Shown here piece by piece: positions 41,578 to 55,091 of a stretch of 64,000 nucleotides of DNA. The DNA is from Eledone cirrhosa (Eukaryota). Under the pieces are notes generated by a model. It was given only the letters and a program-made list of their open reading frames with translations. It was not told where the DNA came from and did no database searches. A program made the translations under genes and the position numbers. Numbering within the stretch: position 1 is the first letter of the stretch; each line of letters opens with the position of its first letter. The DNA is taken from NCBI GenBank assembly GCA_964016885.1, contig OZ024746.1, forward strand, positions 48,856,001 through 48,920,000, in the 5' to 3' direction.

Positions 41578-43364
41578 TATAATAGAATTCGTTCTATTAA
41601 GGATTCTAATGCCGTGCACGTGCATTCCGACAAAACTGGCAACCTATATCAAGTGGAGCGCAGTACTTACCATCAACTACTATATAATGCTGTAACTAAG
41701 GATTACCGTAAAACTAATCGGTGCGTCATCAATGAAATCAACGATGCTGGTTTTAAAATCACATCTGATCTCAACATCCTGGACCGGACCGAACCTCTGG
41801 ACCCTATTTCTCCCCACTTTACCCTGAAGGATCACAAATCCAATTTTCCGAACAACCCCTCTATTCGGCTTATTAACCCTACGAAGTCCGATTTAGGTAG
41901 ACTTAGTAAAACTATTCTTGATAGAATTATACCTGATATTAGAAATTTGGCCCCTCTTGCACTGTGGTACAATTCTTTCGCGGTGATTGATTGGTTCAAC
42001 GGCATATGTAACAAGGAACATTGCCGTTTTATCCAATTCGACATCAACAATTACTACTCCTCCATCACTTTACCACTTCTCCTTAGAGCTATCAATTTCG
42101 CTAAAACACTCACAGTGGTTAAGGATTTGGAAGTTGATGTCATCCTCAATGCCCGAAAGTCGGTGATTAATTTCGACGACTCTATTTGGATTAAAAAATC
42201 CAATAGCACCCCATTCGACGTGAGCATGGGTGCTAGTGATTCTGCGGAGGTTACTGATCTTATCGGCCTTTTCCTTCTTTTCTCTATCAAGGACGAATTC
42301 CCCAACGCGGGCGGTGGTTTGTACCGTGACGATGGTCATTTGACCATGACTAAGTGCGGACCTCGTGCTTGCGGCAGGTTCAGAAAAAGAACTCACAGCC
42401 TTCTTTAAAAGCTTCAACCTCTCTATACAGGTTGAGGCCAATCTCTCGGTCGTTAATTACCTTGACGTTACCCTCAATTTATTGAATGGCTTGTATTACC
42501 CGTATAGAAAGCCGAATGATACGCTTAATTACATAAGTAAGCATTCCAACCATCCTGCCACCATAACCAAGAACCTGGCTTTCCCGTCTTTCCACCAACG
42601 AGCGTATTTACAACGACCATTCCACTTATTACAATGAAGCTCTTGCTCGAAGTGGATTTGTCGATAAGGTAGCATATACAGAGTACGAAAATAGACCTAG
42701 AAGAAATAGGTCCCGTCGCATTTGTTGGTACAACCCACCATATAATATGGAGGTGGCCACACCATTAGCTAAGATCTTTATTTCCCTTATTACGAAGCAT
42801 TTTCCCCCTACACATAAATATAGTAAAATTTTTAATAGAAATACTATTAAAATTTCTTACTCTACGACTCTTAACCTTGCACATAACATCACAGCTTCAA
42901 ATTTAGCTAAACTACCTAGCCGTAGGAACACGTGCAACCCTGTAGTTAGTACTAACTGTAATTGTAGGAATCGGGTTGATTGCCCCCTATCCGGGAAATG
43001 CCTAAGGTTGTAACACCCACGTCCCGTAGGGCCTACATAGGGTTAACCGCCAATAGATTCAAGCAGCGTCTTTACACGCATACCCATTCTTTTCGTTACC
43101 CTCTAAGAAGGAATATGACGTCACTTTCAGCTTATATCTGGAGTCTAAAAGACAACAACACCCAATATAAGTTACACTGGGAGATCCTAGCTATGGGCTA
43201 GATCGTATAACGGAAATAAAAGACCTTGTGACCTCTGCACCGCTGAGGCCCTGGAAATACTCTACGCCACAGGCCACATCTTAAACAAAAAATCTGAGGC
43301 AATTTCAGCTTGTAAACATAAATTGCACAAAACCTTCCTGTATTACAGCCCCACGTTATACCCT
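41578..43364 (+). mobile_element. Penelope-like element (tentatively Hydra-clade-like), coding part, frameshifted; interrupted by the Gypsy element
   Basis: TLKDHK..F, RLINPTKS, FDINNYY, FDVSMG, GLYRDD, WYNPPY, AYIGLT..FKQR, CDLC, LNKKSE..CKH; the frame resumes after the TSD (YP|HG-stop). Confidence 0.88.
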
Positions 43365-43820
43365 TTTAGCGGAGAGTTATATTTAGAGAGTTGTAATGTT
43401 GGCACGAGGAACCAGGTTTGGTAGAAAGATATGATAGGAATATCGACAACGACTTTAGCTTGTTTTTACATTATTTATTAACAAAGGTTAAGAAGTGAAT
43501 TAAGCTGGCATGCCAAGAATAATGAAATAATTCAATTAAGATTACAAGAGAAAATACGGTCGACTGGCTGAGGCGTTTGGCCAGGTCCGTAGTAAAATTG
43601 TTGTGTCGTTACATATTGTTTGTGCTTACGGAGCAAAAGAACAAGTGGTGTTTACCTTAGCATGGTCAAGCTGCAAGTCTTATATTTCTCAAATCTTCGC
43701 GGTCTATTTCTCCCTCAGAACGCGTAGGGATACATTCTCTTCCCCTGGCGCTGATTGGCTGAGCTGAGCCAAATCACGCACAGAGAATGTTTGTGAGCCC
43801 GCGGAATGTAGGTCACTACA
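43365..43820 (-). repeat. 3' LTR
   Basis: Direct repeat of 50011-50466. Confidence 0.95.
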
Positions 43821-44942
43821 TGACCTCCGAGCAGATTTTTAGCCGAAAATCGTTAACGATGAAGCCAAGGACCCACAAGGTACAGTTTACACCCCCCTTC
43901 TAGACGGAAGTCAATACAGATTATTGAATCAGCAAGAACAAATGCTGAAAGAGCACATCAGTGAAAAAATAATTGAGCAGAAAGATGCATGCAAGAAAAA
44001 AAATGAGGCGCTACGGGCCATGTTGAGCCGCTGTCAAATGACTAGCTGTTTTGTAGTTTATACGCGACCACCAACAGATAAAGTCTGATATGGGCGAAGT
44101 TGCTGTTCTTGCATTAAATGTTAATGGTAAGTGTTGTACCAGTAGCTGTGGACGAAGCTATTATGGCAGTTTACCAGTGCTGGCAAGAAGATGACGGGTA
44201 GGCGAGAAAATGTTGGTCTCCCAGATGTATTGCCGAATGTGCTAGGGAGCCATGAAAAAAATGGCTGGTTGCTTTGAAAAGAAAAAAAGCAAGTTGAATC
44301 TGTAGGTGGGTTGCAGTTCCATAATTCGGGCGAATCCACAGAAGTGGTGGAAATGCTGACAAGTCCAGTTCTATTTGTTGTTTTCCCGGTGAGTTGGGTA
44401 AGATAACAAGATAGAGGTTGTTATGGACGATGAATGTGCAACGAGATGCGAAACTGTTTGAGTTCAGCTGCAATTAGCATTCTCGTGTTGCGGTGCAGGT
44501 GAATTAAGCTGCAAGTGTCGATAGCTTGTTTTGGTACCTCCAGAAGGTGAAAAGGGATCTCGCAGAATATTACGACGCTTGAAGATCACATACCATAGAC
44601 AACAACCTGTTGGTGTGTGTATAGATGCAGGCATGTAATACAACAAAGAAAATGTGTGCGTGCGGTCACATATACAATGATAGAGAGAAATGAATGTTCA
44701 TATAATACAGTTCAAAAAAAATAAATGTCCAAAATAAATGCCTGAAAAAAAGGAAGAAAGAAAGAATTGTTTCTTTTCTTTTAACAAAAAGTTCGCTTCT
44801 TTTTTCTTTGGGAACGCTCTTACTAGAGAGCTAGTAGAGTTGTTGTTGTTGTTAAAGCAAAGTCACAATGAATCTTCTGTAGAGTCGAAGTCTAGCGTTG
44901 AAGAATTTAAACATACCTTGTGGGTTAATAAAAAAAAAAGGG

Positions 44943-45205
44943 TGTAATAATATTCTCCGGTACAGAAATAACGAAGACATAAGCAAATGCCTATTCGTCG
45001 AGACATCGTAGCATCCTTGATCCGAAGGAGGGCATTTTCACATCATCTTTTACGAAGACAGCATAGTCAATATTTTATCAGGAGCGAATCCTTTCACATC
45101 TGTTCAAACCAGCATCTGTGACCGGATGTGTATTGCCTCCGCTCTCTGAAGAGTTGTTAAGGGGAGGCAACTGCTCGTTGCTAAGTGACCATCTCAGTCA
45201 CTACA
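44943..45205 (-). repeat. Internal LTR-like unit (TGTAGTGAC...TATTACA)
   Basis: Starts with the same TGTAGTGAC as the flanking LTRs and is preceded by a copy of the ~70-bp pre-LTR segment (45206-45276 resembles 43821-43891). Confidence 0.55.
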
Positions 45206-45645
45206 TTCACCTCGGAGCAGATTTTTTGTTGAAAAATCGTTAACGATGAAGCAAAGGACCCACAGGGTAGTTTACAAAATGTAGAAGCATGTATCAACAA
45301 ATTATGAAAAAAAAAAAAAAAATAGGTTCATGTCTGCAAGCTTTAACACAAAAAAGAAATGTACAGCAAAAGATGCAAAATGCATGTAAAGATAACACTC
45401 TTCGCAATAAAGGGGCCCCAAATGCGATAAACAAAAAAAAAATTTTTTGCTAGGCAATGAAAATGCCATATGTAGCATAGCTATAAAAATGCACTAAAAA
45501 AATGGATTGTGTCAGAATTGACCACAGTCGTAATGTTACGAAAAATATAATATATTGACACTGCCGTAGGCAGTCAAGAATCAAAAAGCAACAAAATGCA
45601 ATATACAGCAAAAACAATTGGAAGAAAAAAAGAATACAATTCAGT

Positions 45646-48600
45646 TTATATTACTGCATAGCTTACGGGGCCAATGCACCCTTCGCCCAGAACGGGTCGT
45701 AGTTCTGTGTGTTGATGATGGGGGGGGGGGGGAGAAATAGGCGTATCTGGCAAAGAAAAAGAAGGGGGCATTTGAGTTTCAAGTGTCATTGTGTCATTGT
45801 CCAGGTTTGCTCGTTTGAGACGATCAACGGAAACCGTTTCCCTGGAACCCCGAATGTCCAGTGTGAAATGTTTGTCTGTGCGAGCAAGCACACGATAGGG
45901 TCCAGAGTACGGCCGTTGAAGAGGGGGTCTCACGTCGTCGTCTCTAACGAACACATGTGTCCACAAGGCAATATCCCTTGGGACGGCAGTTTTTACAGTC
46001 TGCTTCCTAGTGCCCATCGGTGGTAGATCCTTGAAATAAGAGTGAAGCCGAGACACGTAGGAAGCGGGGTCCTGCGAAGTCAGGTCAAAAGGGGCCAGCA
46101 TTTGCCCCGATAACGCCAGAGGAGTACCATAAACTAATTCGGCAGAGGAGAACCCAAGATCCACCTTTACCGTCGACCGAATACCCAACAACACAATAGG
46201 TAGGTACTCGCTCCAACGTGAAGAGTCCATGGAAGCCCTTAAGAAGGCTTTGAGTTGCCTGTGGAAACTTTCCACCATTCCGTTTGAGGCTGGGTGGTAA
46301 GTCGTGGTTCTTATTCGAGTAGCCCCGAGGATTTGGGTTAATTCTCGGAAGAGGTTAGACTCAAATTGACGACCACGATCCGTTGTTATGGTGGTTGGTA
46401 CACCGAAATGAGCAATCCATGAAGATACGAGAGTACGGGCTGTGGTTTCAGCGGTGATATCTGTTATAAGAACGGCTTCAGGCCAACGCGAAAAACGGTC
46501 AACAATCGTCAAAAGATACGAAAAACCACGACTAACCGGCCACGGGCCGACGATGTCCACATGAATGTGACGAAATCTTGCATCCGGGCAGGTGAAGGTT
46601 CCGAGAGGAGCCTTAACATGTTTATGAACTTTCGCTTGTTGGCAAGCGACACAGGAACGACACCAAGCAGCAATGTCATGTCTCACATCAGGCCAGAAAA
46701 ATCTGGCTGTTATGAGTTTTACTGAGGCTGATACTCCTGGGTGAGAAATGCCATGTAAAGCGAGAAACACAGTTCGTCGATGTTCCACTGGGACTAGAGG
46801 TCGTGGTGAGTCCAACGAAACATCACACAGTATTTGTCCGTCAGCAGTTGACATCGGAATGTATTTCAGTTTGCAATGTACAAACTCTGGCGATGTAACA
46901 TCCAACGATTCGAGAGTGGGTTGGGCAGCTGCCATTCGATGTAAATCTATCTCCTCGGGAGACGAAATCGATGCGATCGGCAGGCGAGACAGCGCATCGG
47001 CGCTGTATTCAAAGAACCCGGAATATGTTGAATGTCGTTCGTGAACTGTGAGATGAAGTCCAGATGTCTCGTTTCTCTGGGCGAGTATTTGTCTGCTTTA
47101 GTTCGAAGAGCAAACGTCAAAGGTTTATGATCAGTGAAAATGGTGAATGTTCTACCTTCAAGTACATGAGCAAAATGTTTCACTGATAAATAAATTGCTA
47201 ATAGCTCCCTTCCAAAGGTGTTATAGCGAGTTTCGGCAGGCTTTAACTTCCTCGAAAAGAACTCGAGTGGTTGTTGTAACCCATCACACTTCTGCTGTAA
47301 GACTGCGCCCACGGCGCTATCCGAAGCATCAACACAGAGCGATAGCTCGGCGTTGGGTACTGGGTGGGCGAGCAAAGACGCGCTCGCTAACGCCTTTTTC
47401 ACTTTTTTAAAATCCTCAAGCTGCGTTTTATTTAAGGAAATGTCCATATTCTTACGCCGGCAACCCTTAACAATTTCTGTCAACGAGAACAGCAAGTTGG
47501 AACAACCAGGTACGAATCGCCTATAAAAATTTACAAGGCCCAAGAATTGACGCAATTGTCGCAGTGAACTTGGCGGAGGCAAATCCGATACTGCCTTAAC
47601 CTTCTCAGGAAGAGGTCGAATACCATCGGCGTCAATCAGATGGCCTAAAAATGTTAGTGAAGTCGAGCCGAAAACACACTTGGAAGCATTGATACGAACA
47701 TTATATCTCTGTTAACGACGAAATACGAGATCCAGATGCTTTGAATGCTGCTGAGGGGAAGAACTAGCAATCAACACGTCATCGATATACGTGTACACAA
47801 AATCCAGGCCCCGAGTAACATCATCCATAAATCGTTGGAAGGTACTTGCAGCATTTCTAAGGCCGAAAGGCATAGTGAGGAACTCGAATGATCCGAAAGG
47901 AGTGGCAATAGCAGTCTTTGGGATATCCTCCTTATTAACCGGAATTTGATTATAAGCGCGGATCAAATCAAGCTTAGAAAAGATTCTGCAATCCTGCAAT
48001 GACGATGCAAAATCCTGCAAATGCGAGATTGGATAACGGTCAGGCACAGTAATCGCGTTTAAGCGTCGGTAGTCACCCGTCGGTCTCCAATCACCAAAAG
48101 ATTTAAGTACCATATGTACAGGCGATGCCCAAGGACTTGTGGAACGCCGAATTATTCCTAATTCCAGCATGTGGTCGAATTCAAGACGTGCAGCTTTCAA
48201 CTTCTCTGCAGATAATCTTCGAGGACGTGAGAAAACAGTGGACCTGTAGTGGATTTGAAGTGTTCAATCGCATGATCCGGGCTAGTAATTCGTAACTTTC
48301 CCTGCGTCAACTGAGGGAATGAATGTAACAGGCTTTGATACTGGTTGCCCACTTCAGCCAAGAAAAAGGAAGGGCTGACAGTGGTGACGTCCGGCTCTGA
48401 ACCCTCGAAAGAAAGGCCTGTTTCAGCATCAAAAAGGGGTTGTCTGCGGATGTTCACCAACAAGGAAAAATGGTGGAGAAAATCCGCTCCCAAAATGGCG
48501 TATGGCAAGTCGGCGATAGTAAACTTCCACTTCAAATCACGACGCAAATCTTTTAACCGAAGAGGAAGCGAAATTTGCCCGTACGTTCGAATGGCCGTGT

Positions 48601-48760
48601 GGTTGACTGCTCGTAGATTTATATTTGATTCAGATGGTTTTTTTTTTTTGAGATAACTGACTGGCCAAATACTCAGCGACGCGCCAGTATCGACAAGGAA
48701 AAATTTTTTCGACCACAGGTCGTATACGATAAGATGGCGGTTCGGTCGATTTTCCCAGAG
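45646..48760 (-). pseudogene. pol: Gypsy pol (protease, RT, RNase H, integrase), frameshifted
   Basis: FLVDTGA (~48690), ILGADFL, SPWASP, DYRRLN, YIDD, DASD..RELLA..TDHKPL, H..SHPG..C..C, TDRGRQF, NGMVE, PYSGPY. Confidence 0.93.
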
Positions 48761-48774
48761 TTCAGTAGCCGCCC

Positions 48775-49643
48775 CTAGTGGCTCTGCTTTGCGTTTTCCG
48801 ATCTCTTGTAATTACAGGGCGTGCGACAACGTTGTGCCCTACTGCTGAAGTTAGCATGATACCAACAAAACGAAGAATTATTGTTGTCTGCGTTGTAGTG
48901 CTGGCGATGAATAGAAGACGGCGGCGAACGGTACTCGTAGCGGTTTCGAGCAATAGCAGACGGAGGCGAACGGTACTCGTAGCGGTTTCGAGGAATAGCA
49001 GACGGAGGCGAACGGTACCTCAAACGTTGTGAAGGCTCCCTGTGTTGTACGGTCAAATCCTCCACTTTTTTGGTAAGCGCTTCGATCATCTCCAACAGTT
49101 TGCTGTCGGCCACAGAAGAATTGCGTGGGGAACAGAAGAAGAAGCCACACAAGGATTATGCCGATTGCTGTTAGAGTCCACCTCAAGTATTGTATCCGTG
49201 GATGCGGCAAGCTGCTCTAACGACTTCCTCTCCAAACTATTAACCAAAGCCCTTTGCGCACTTGGCGGTAAACGTGAGAAAAAGAGCTGTTTTATGAATG
49301 GGGTGTCCATCCCCTTGGAGTCGCTCAACTCTCGCAAATGTCGCAAATAGGAGCTCGGCGTTCTGTCACCCATTTGCGCATCCTCCAACAACTCCCGAAA
49401 ACGACTTTCCACCGACTTGGTATTTCTCCGAAGAATTTCGGTTTTTAACGAGCCGTAGGTAACGTCGGTGTCCAAATCCGTCACCACGTCCTTCACTGAG
49501 AATGCCAAGGAAACAGGCAGGCCATTGATCAGGACCTTTAACCTGTTTGTTTCCTTAGTATGGGTCAAGTCGAAGTAGCATTCGAGCTGCGAAAACCACA
49601 ATCCGACGTCGCCTGCGAAGGTCGGCAAATGATGTGGATTCAT
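48775..49643 (-). pseudogene. gag: Gypsy gag with CHCC knuckle and a 39-bp (13-aa) tandem repeat; one frameshift
   Basis: LWFSQLE, MGDRTPS..LR, FFSRLP; (YRSPPSAI.RNRYE)x~3; CWYHANFSSRAQRCRTPC. Confidence 0.9.
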
Positions 49644-50001
49644 GATTGCCGAAGATTTTAAAAATTTTTAAGGACGAATTATGTCCCTGAAGCAGCTATA
49701 TGATCAAAAGGATATACTGGAAGTCCGAAATCAGTTGAAGACTCCAAGATGGCCGGTCTCTTTTGTGTTGTATTTTTGTGTTAGTCTGTATGCGTGAGTT
49801 ACTAGTGTTACCATGAAAGTTATGACAGAAATATTGTGCAGGCCGCGTGCTTCAACAAATGGAATATTATGAATTTTATGGACTTACGCTAAGTGAGTCT
49901 AGCTACCCGATTCGAACATTCCAAATGTTAAGCCACTCCACATTGCCGTTAAAACGAATGGCGAATTCAAATAGGCTGCGTTTTCATACTTAATCATTGA
50001 A

Positions 50002-50009
50002 GGTCACCA
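50002..50009 (-). other. Primer-binding site complementary to the tRNA-Trp 3' end
   Basis: TGGTGACC just inside the 5' LTR on the minus strand. Confidence 0.75.
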
Positions 50010-50010
50010 A

Positions 50011-50466
50011 TTTAGCGGAGAGTTATATTTAGAGAGTTGTAATGTTGCCACGAGGAACCAGGTTTGGTAGAAAGATATGATAGGAATATCGACAACGACT
50101 TTAGCTTGTTTTTACATTATTTATTAACAAAGGTTAAGAAGTGAATTAAGCTGGCATGCCAAGAATAATGAAATAATTCAATTAAGATTACAAGAGAAAA
50201 TACGGTCGACTAGCTGAGGCGTTTGGCCAGGTCCGTAGTAAAATTGTTGTGTCGTTACATATTGTTTGTGCTTACGGAGCAAAAGAGCAAGTGGTGTTTA
50301 CCTTAGCATGGTCAAGCTGCAAGTCTTATATTTCTCAAATCTTCGCGGTCTATTTCTCCCTCAGAACGCGTAGGGATACATTCTCTTCCCCTGGCGCTGA
50401 TTGGCTGAGCTGAGCCAAATCACGCACAGAGAATGTATGTGAGCCCGCGGAATGTAGGTCACTACA
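50011..50466 (-). repeat. 5' LTR
   Basis: Direct repeat of 43365-43820, followed by the PBS. Confidence 0.95.
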
Positions 50467-50470
50467 CCCT

Positions 50471-51505
50471 CATGGATAGTACGATCTATACGTGGATATT
50501 TTACGTCTTGATGTGGGAGCTAAATATATGTTTTGTTTACACCATTACTTATTTGCATAGGTAAGTATATATTACCCGTATGTTTCGTGAAGGTACGTAT
50601 ATCTTCTCGTACGTTTATTTGATTGTTTATATTATGGCGTATAAACTTTTTTTATATTTTTTTTATTCTGGTACATATGGTTTGGCTATGTGTATACTGG
50701 AGTTTTGCGTCTGTGTGAGTATGCAGGTTCGTACGTATGTAGGGTGTGTGTATATGTGTACTTCATGTTTTGGTTGACTTACGTCTCCGAACATTCGTGT
50801 ATTTACATGTAGGTATGTGTGTGCGCTTGTTATTTACGTATTTATTTATTTATATACGTTTATATAATTATTTATTTATTTATCTGTATACACGCATACA
50901 CACACACGCACATATTTATATGTGCGTGGTTTTGTATACCTATGGTAAGTGTTTTGCGTATGCTTGTGTATGTACCTATTTGTTTGCGTGTATGTATTTA
51001 TTTATTTCTATTACTTCTGTATTGTATTTATTTACTTTGTTCTTAACTCTGTAGCGGAGATTCAATCGGTCTCCTAGTTAAAATTTTAGTCTACGGATTC
51101 TGCTATACCATTTACGTGATTTTGTCTTTGCGTGCTATTGTTCTCCACGCTCCACATATGACGTATTATCTTCGTTTTTTCGTTCATTGCCAGAGAACAT
51201 CTCTATGAACCACCTAAGAGAACATTAGTCTACGACCTCTTTTATACCATAAACGTGGTTCTGTCTTTGCGCGTAATTGTTTTTCACCGCTCCTATTAAT
51301 GACGTATCTTATTCGTTTTTTCCCGTTCTTTGCCAGCGAACGTTTCCACGAACCAAAATATCGTCTTCCTGTCTTCCTCCAGTTGCAACGTTTTTTGAAA
51401 TATCCACTTCTGCGTTTACAGATTGACTTTGTTAGTTTCAGAAGATCCCGTTAAGGGTGAAAGCAGCGATTCTTTGCTTAAACTTTAATCTGTTATTTTA
51501 ATAAA
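50471..51505 (+). mobile_element. 3'UTR/pLTR of the 41578 PLE, with degenerate hammerhead (~51439-51465)
   Basis: CAGAAGA-TCCC..GGG-TGAAAGC; tail reappears as the palindrome at 54941-55040; ends in (TA)n. Confidence 0.7.
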
Positions 51506-51593
51506 TATATATATATATATATATACACATATATATATACACATATATATGTATGTATATATATGTATATATATATATATATTTGTATATATT

Positions 51594-51688
<95 letters not shown>

Positions 51689-51699
51689 ATATATATATA

Positions 51700-54584
51700 T
51701 AACGACCTTATATTGAAGGAACTAAGGAAGAAATATAAAGTAGCAAATAAGGACGAACTTGAAAAACTGAATAAAGATGCCTCTTGTATAATGCATGAAC
51801 TAGACATTGAAAATAAAACACAACCCTTCATGCCAAGGAAACCTAAGATCAATATGAAGGATCATAAACGAAACTTTGAAAATGATTTACCAGTCAGATT
51901 AATTGCACAATCTAAATCTGGCCTGGGCAGACTTAGCATAAATATTCTAGATAGAATAATACAACAAATTAAGAATTTACCTAATTTATCTTACTTAAAA
52001 TTATGGAAAGGGACTAGTGAGGTTATCGATTGGTTTAAAGAAATTAAATATAACTATAATAATAAGTTTATTCAGTTGGATATTGCTAACTACTACTCAT
52101 CTATCACTCCTAATCTACTGAATAAGGCACTAACTTACGCATTTAAACATACAGACCTAACTAGCAATGAAATGCACATTATATTATCGGCACGGAAAAC
52201 ATTAATAGAATTTAATAACCAACTCTGGACTAGGGCAGATAGAAATAATAATTTCGACATAACTATGGGATCTTCAGACTCAGCTCAGGTAACGGACCTT
52301 GTGGGCCTTTTTATAATTAATTCTCTACATAGAAAAATACCAGGGGTAACCGGAGGCTTATATCGTGACGACATGCTTTTAATTATAGAAAATAATAGCT
52401 TCGAACTAAATAGAAAAAGAAAACAAATTATACAATTTTTTAATTACCTTAATCTAAAAGTAGAAATAGAGAATAACCATAAAATAGTCAACTTTCTAGA
52501 TGTAACACTAAATCTAAACACATGTCTTCATTATCCATTTCACAAACTAAATGAGAACTTAAATTATGTCAATTTTAACTCTAATCACCCCAGATCCGCT
52601 ACTCCTTTTAATTCCTCTTCTGAAAATTTTGATTTTTGTATAGAGGAAATATTTTTGATATTAAAGACCAAAAATTCACTTAATTTAAGGAATAATTTAT
52701 TCAGTTGCTGCAGACATAGATTGAATCAACGCTTAAATGTAAATATAAATTTAAAATGTAGTTTAATTAATTAAATAATTTAGTTAATATACGAAACCTG
52801 TCGCTAAATCATTAGATTCCTTCACCTTTTTCATTTTCTTTGGTTAAGTACCCAAGTATAAATTTTCTTCATAAATATAATTATAAATATAATAAACTAT
52901 TCTAGAAAGTTTATCCTTTCAATATCTTGAATAAAATATGCGTAAGATAAATTTCTATACTAAACATATTATTTTAGCTTAAAATATTCTATAATATTTT
53001 AAAATTTTTTAAGATTTTTTAAAATTGAAAAAAAAATTTCTTTTAAAGATTTTTGAAATTTAAAAAAAATTTTTAAAATCATTTATTTTTTATTTTTTAT
53101 TTTTTTAAATTTTTTAATATTTTTAAATATTTTTAAATATTTTTTAATATATTGATATCTGTAGAATCCTTGTTTTTTAAGTTATAATATAATATTTTTT
53201 TAAATTTTTTTATTAGATTCATTTTATTTTTTATTTTTTATTTTTTATTAGATTTGTTTTTATTCTGATAGCTTCTCATAATTTTCAAAAGTTTTTCCTT
53301 TCAATGTCTTGATTAAAATATACGTAAGATAAATTTCTATGCTAAATATATTAAACATATTATTTTAACTTGAAATATTCTATAATATTTTGGGATATTT
53401 TAGTATTTTGATGTTTGTAGAATTCGTTTGCCTTTTAAGTTATATTGATATAATTATATTTCCAAAATATAATCCTTTTGTATTTTATATACTCAATTGT
53501 ACTATGTTATATATTGATGTATATTTATGTCTATGTACGGCTTATGTATCTATATGTGTGTGTTGACATACATATACATGTGTTATATGTTTTTTTTGTG
53601 ATTATATGTCTGTATATATGCATGAGTGACGCGTGTATACCAATTGAAGATGCACACACATATCTATTCATGTATAGCTAAGAATTGTGGGTGTGAATGT
53701 ACGGGCTTACACATGCAGCTTTTGATTGCAGATATACATAATTTAACAGCCATAAATGCAGAAAAGTTAATCCTATATATTTATATATATGTACTAAATT
53801 TTTTTAATTAATAACACAAGGAGTGTATAGCAATAAATAAAAAATCACTTATGCTTTGTATGTATACATTATATGGGTGAGTAGATATAGTGTATATTTT
53901 CTGAGTGAGTGAGTATATATATATATTTATGTACCTTTGCCTATGTATATGTGATATACGATAGATAACCTCTCTAGCAATATATATATTTTATAATGTT
54001 TAAATTCCAATTTTTAATATATTGATCTCAATTTTTAAACTAAATATATAATTATAATTAAACAATGTGTAATTTCTCATATTATATATCTATATTCCAT
54101 TCACGAATATTAATATTTCTAATTTTATTTATTCATTTCATCTCAATTGTTAACTCAACTTAATATGACATAACTTAAGGTTTTTATTCTCTCCCCCCTC
54201 TATCTCTACATATCTCTCTCTTGAGTTCTTTCTCTGTCTGATGTTTTGATATCTCCCCGTTATTTTTCCTCTGTTCTCTTTTCTTTTTGCTTTCTTCTTT
54301 TTCTTTACCTATCTTTCCCTTTCTTTTCTCCACGTTTCTCTCTCTCTCTCGCCATCTTTTGACTTACTCTTAACACTATGACTTACTAAAGTAAACAAAC
54401 CACTATCCGGATGGCCTCCAAAAGCAACGGTCACCTTTTTGAAAGGGTACATCAATATCTATTTGTAAAACTGTTATATATTGTATTTTGTCTGATGAAG
54501 GCATACCATGATATGACTTGGTATCCTTGAAATATATATAATGAAATAAATATGGTTTTATAAATATAGTTTCCATTTATTAAT

Positions 54585-54590
<6 letters not shown>
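51700..54590 (+). mobile_element. Second Hydra-like PLE with in-frame internal deletion and long AT-rich 3'UTR
   Basis: ORF to 52774: MKDHK, LDIANYY, FDITMG, GLYRDD, NFLDVTL, then directly the EN C-terminus (C.EE..I...LN.RN.L..CCRH). Confidence 0.85.
54484..54548 (+). ncRNA. Type-I hammerhead ribozyme
   Basis: TATTTTGT-CTGATGA-AGGCATACCA/TGGTATCCTT-GAAA-TATATA-TA-ATGAAATA. Confidence 0.78.
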
Positions 54591-54647
<57 letters not shown>

Positions 54648-54650
54648 TTT

Positions 54651-54699
54651 CTGGTGCGTGTGTTTCTTATTGGCAACATGACCCTCCCAAAGTATAACA

Positions 54700-54701
<2 letters not shown>
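54651..54701 (+). mobile_element. ~50-bp 3' tail of the 8056-12013 PLE family in (TA)n
   Basis: CTGGTGCGTGTGTTTCTTATTGGCAACATGACCCTCCCAAAGTATAACAAT. Confidence 0.85.
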
Positions 54702-54730
<29 letters not shown>

Positions 54731-54940
54731 TACATATATATATATGTAAATATGAGCGGAATAAGTAAACATTAAACAATCTTTTAAATAAATTAAAATA
54801 CGATTTAAATATTTACCTCTTATATATATACAAGTATATATATACATATATATAGTAATAATAATAAAATTGAAGACTAAAATCCAAAGAGGGCTCGATA
54901 AGGAAAATATATATCAAATATATAAGAACCGAAGAGCAAA

Positions 54941-55037
54941 TATTTATTAATATAACAGATTAAAGTTTAAGCAAAGAATCGCTGCTTTCACGAAAGCACC
55001 GATTCTTTGCTTAAACTTTAATCTGTTATATTAATAA

Positions 55038-55040
<3 letters not shown>
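54941..55040. repeat. 100-bp palindrome built from the 51457-51505 PLE tail
   Basis: TATTTATTAATATAACAGATTAAAGTTTAAGCAAAGAATCG and its reverse complement. Confidence 0.88.
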
Positions 55041-55072
<32 letters not shown>

Positions 55073-55091
55073 GATATATACATATATATAT

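Larger units (their letters stand above)
43365..50466 (-). mobile_element. Ty3/Gypsy LTR retrotransposon, CsRn1-like lineage, full length
   Basis: 456-bp LTRs with about 4 differences seen; 4-bp TSD CCCT; PBS TGGTGACC (tRNA-Trp type); Gag C-x2-H-x9-C-x3-C; PR-RT-RH-IN order. Confidence 0.95.

Noticed and set aside
43900-44700. env gene in the Gypsy element
   Set aside because: Only short ORFs; no signal peptide, furin site or transmembrane pattern visible
52900-53450. Independent repeat element in the AT-rich duplication
   Set aside because: Lies within the 3'UTR of the 51700-54590 PLE; local low-complexity duplication
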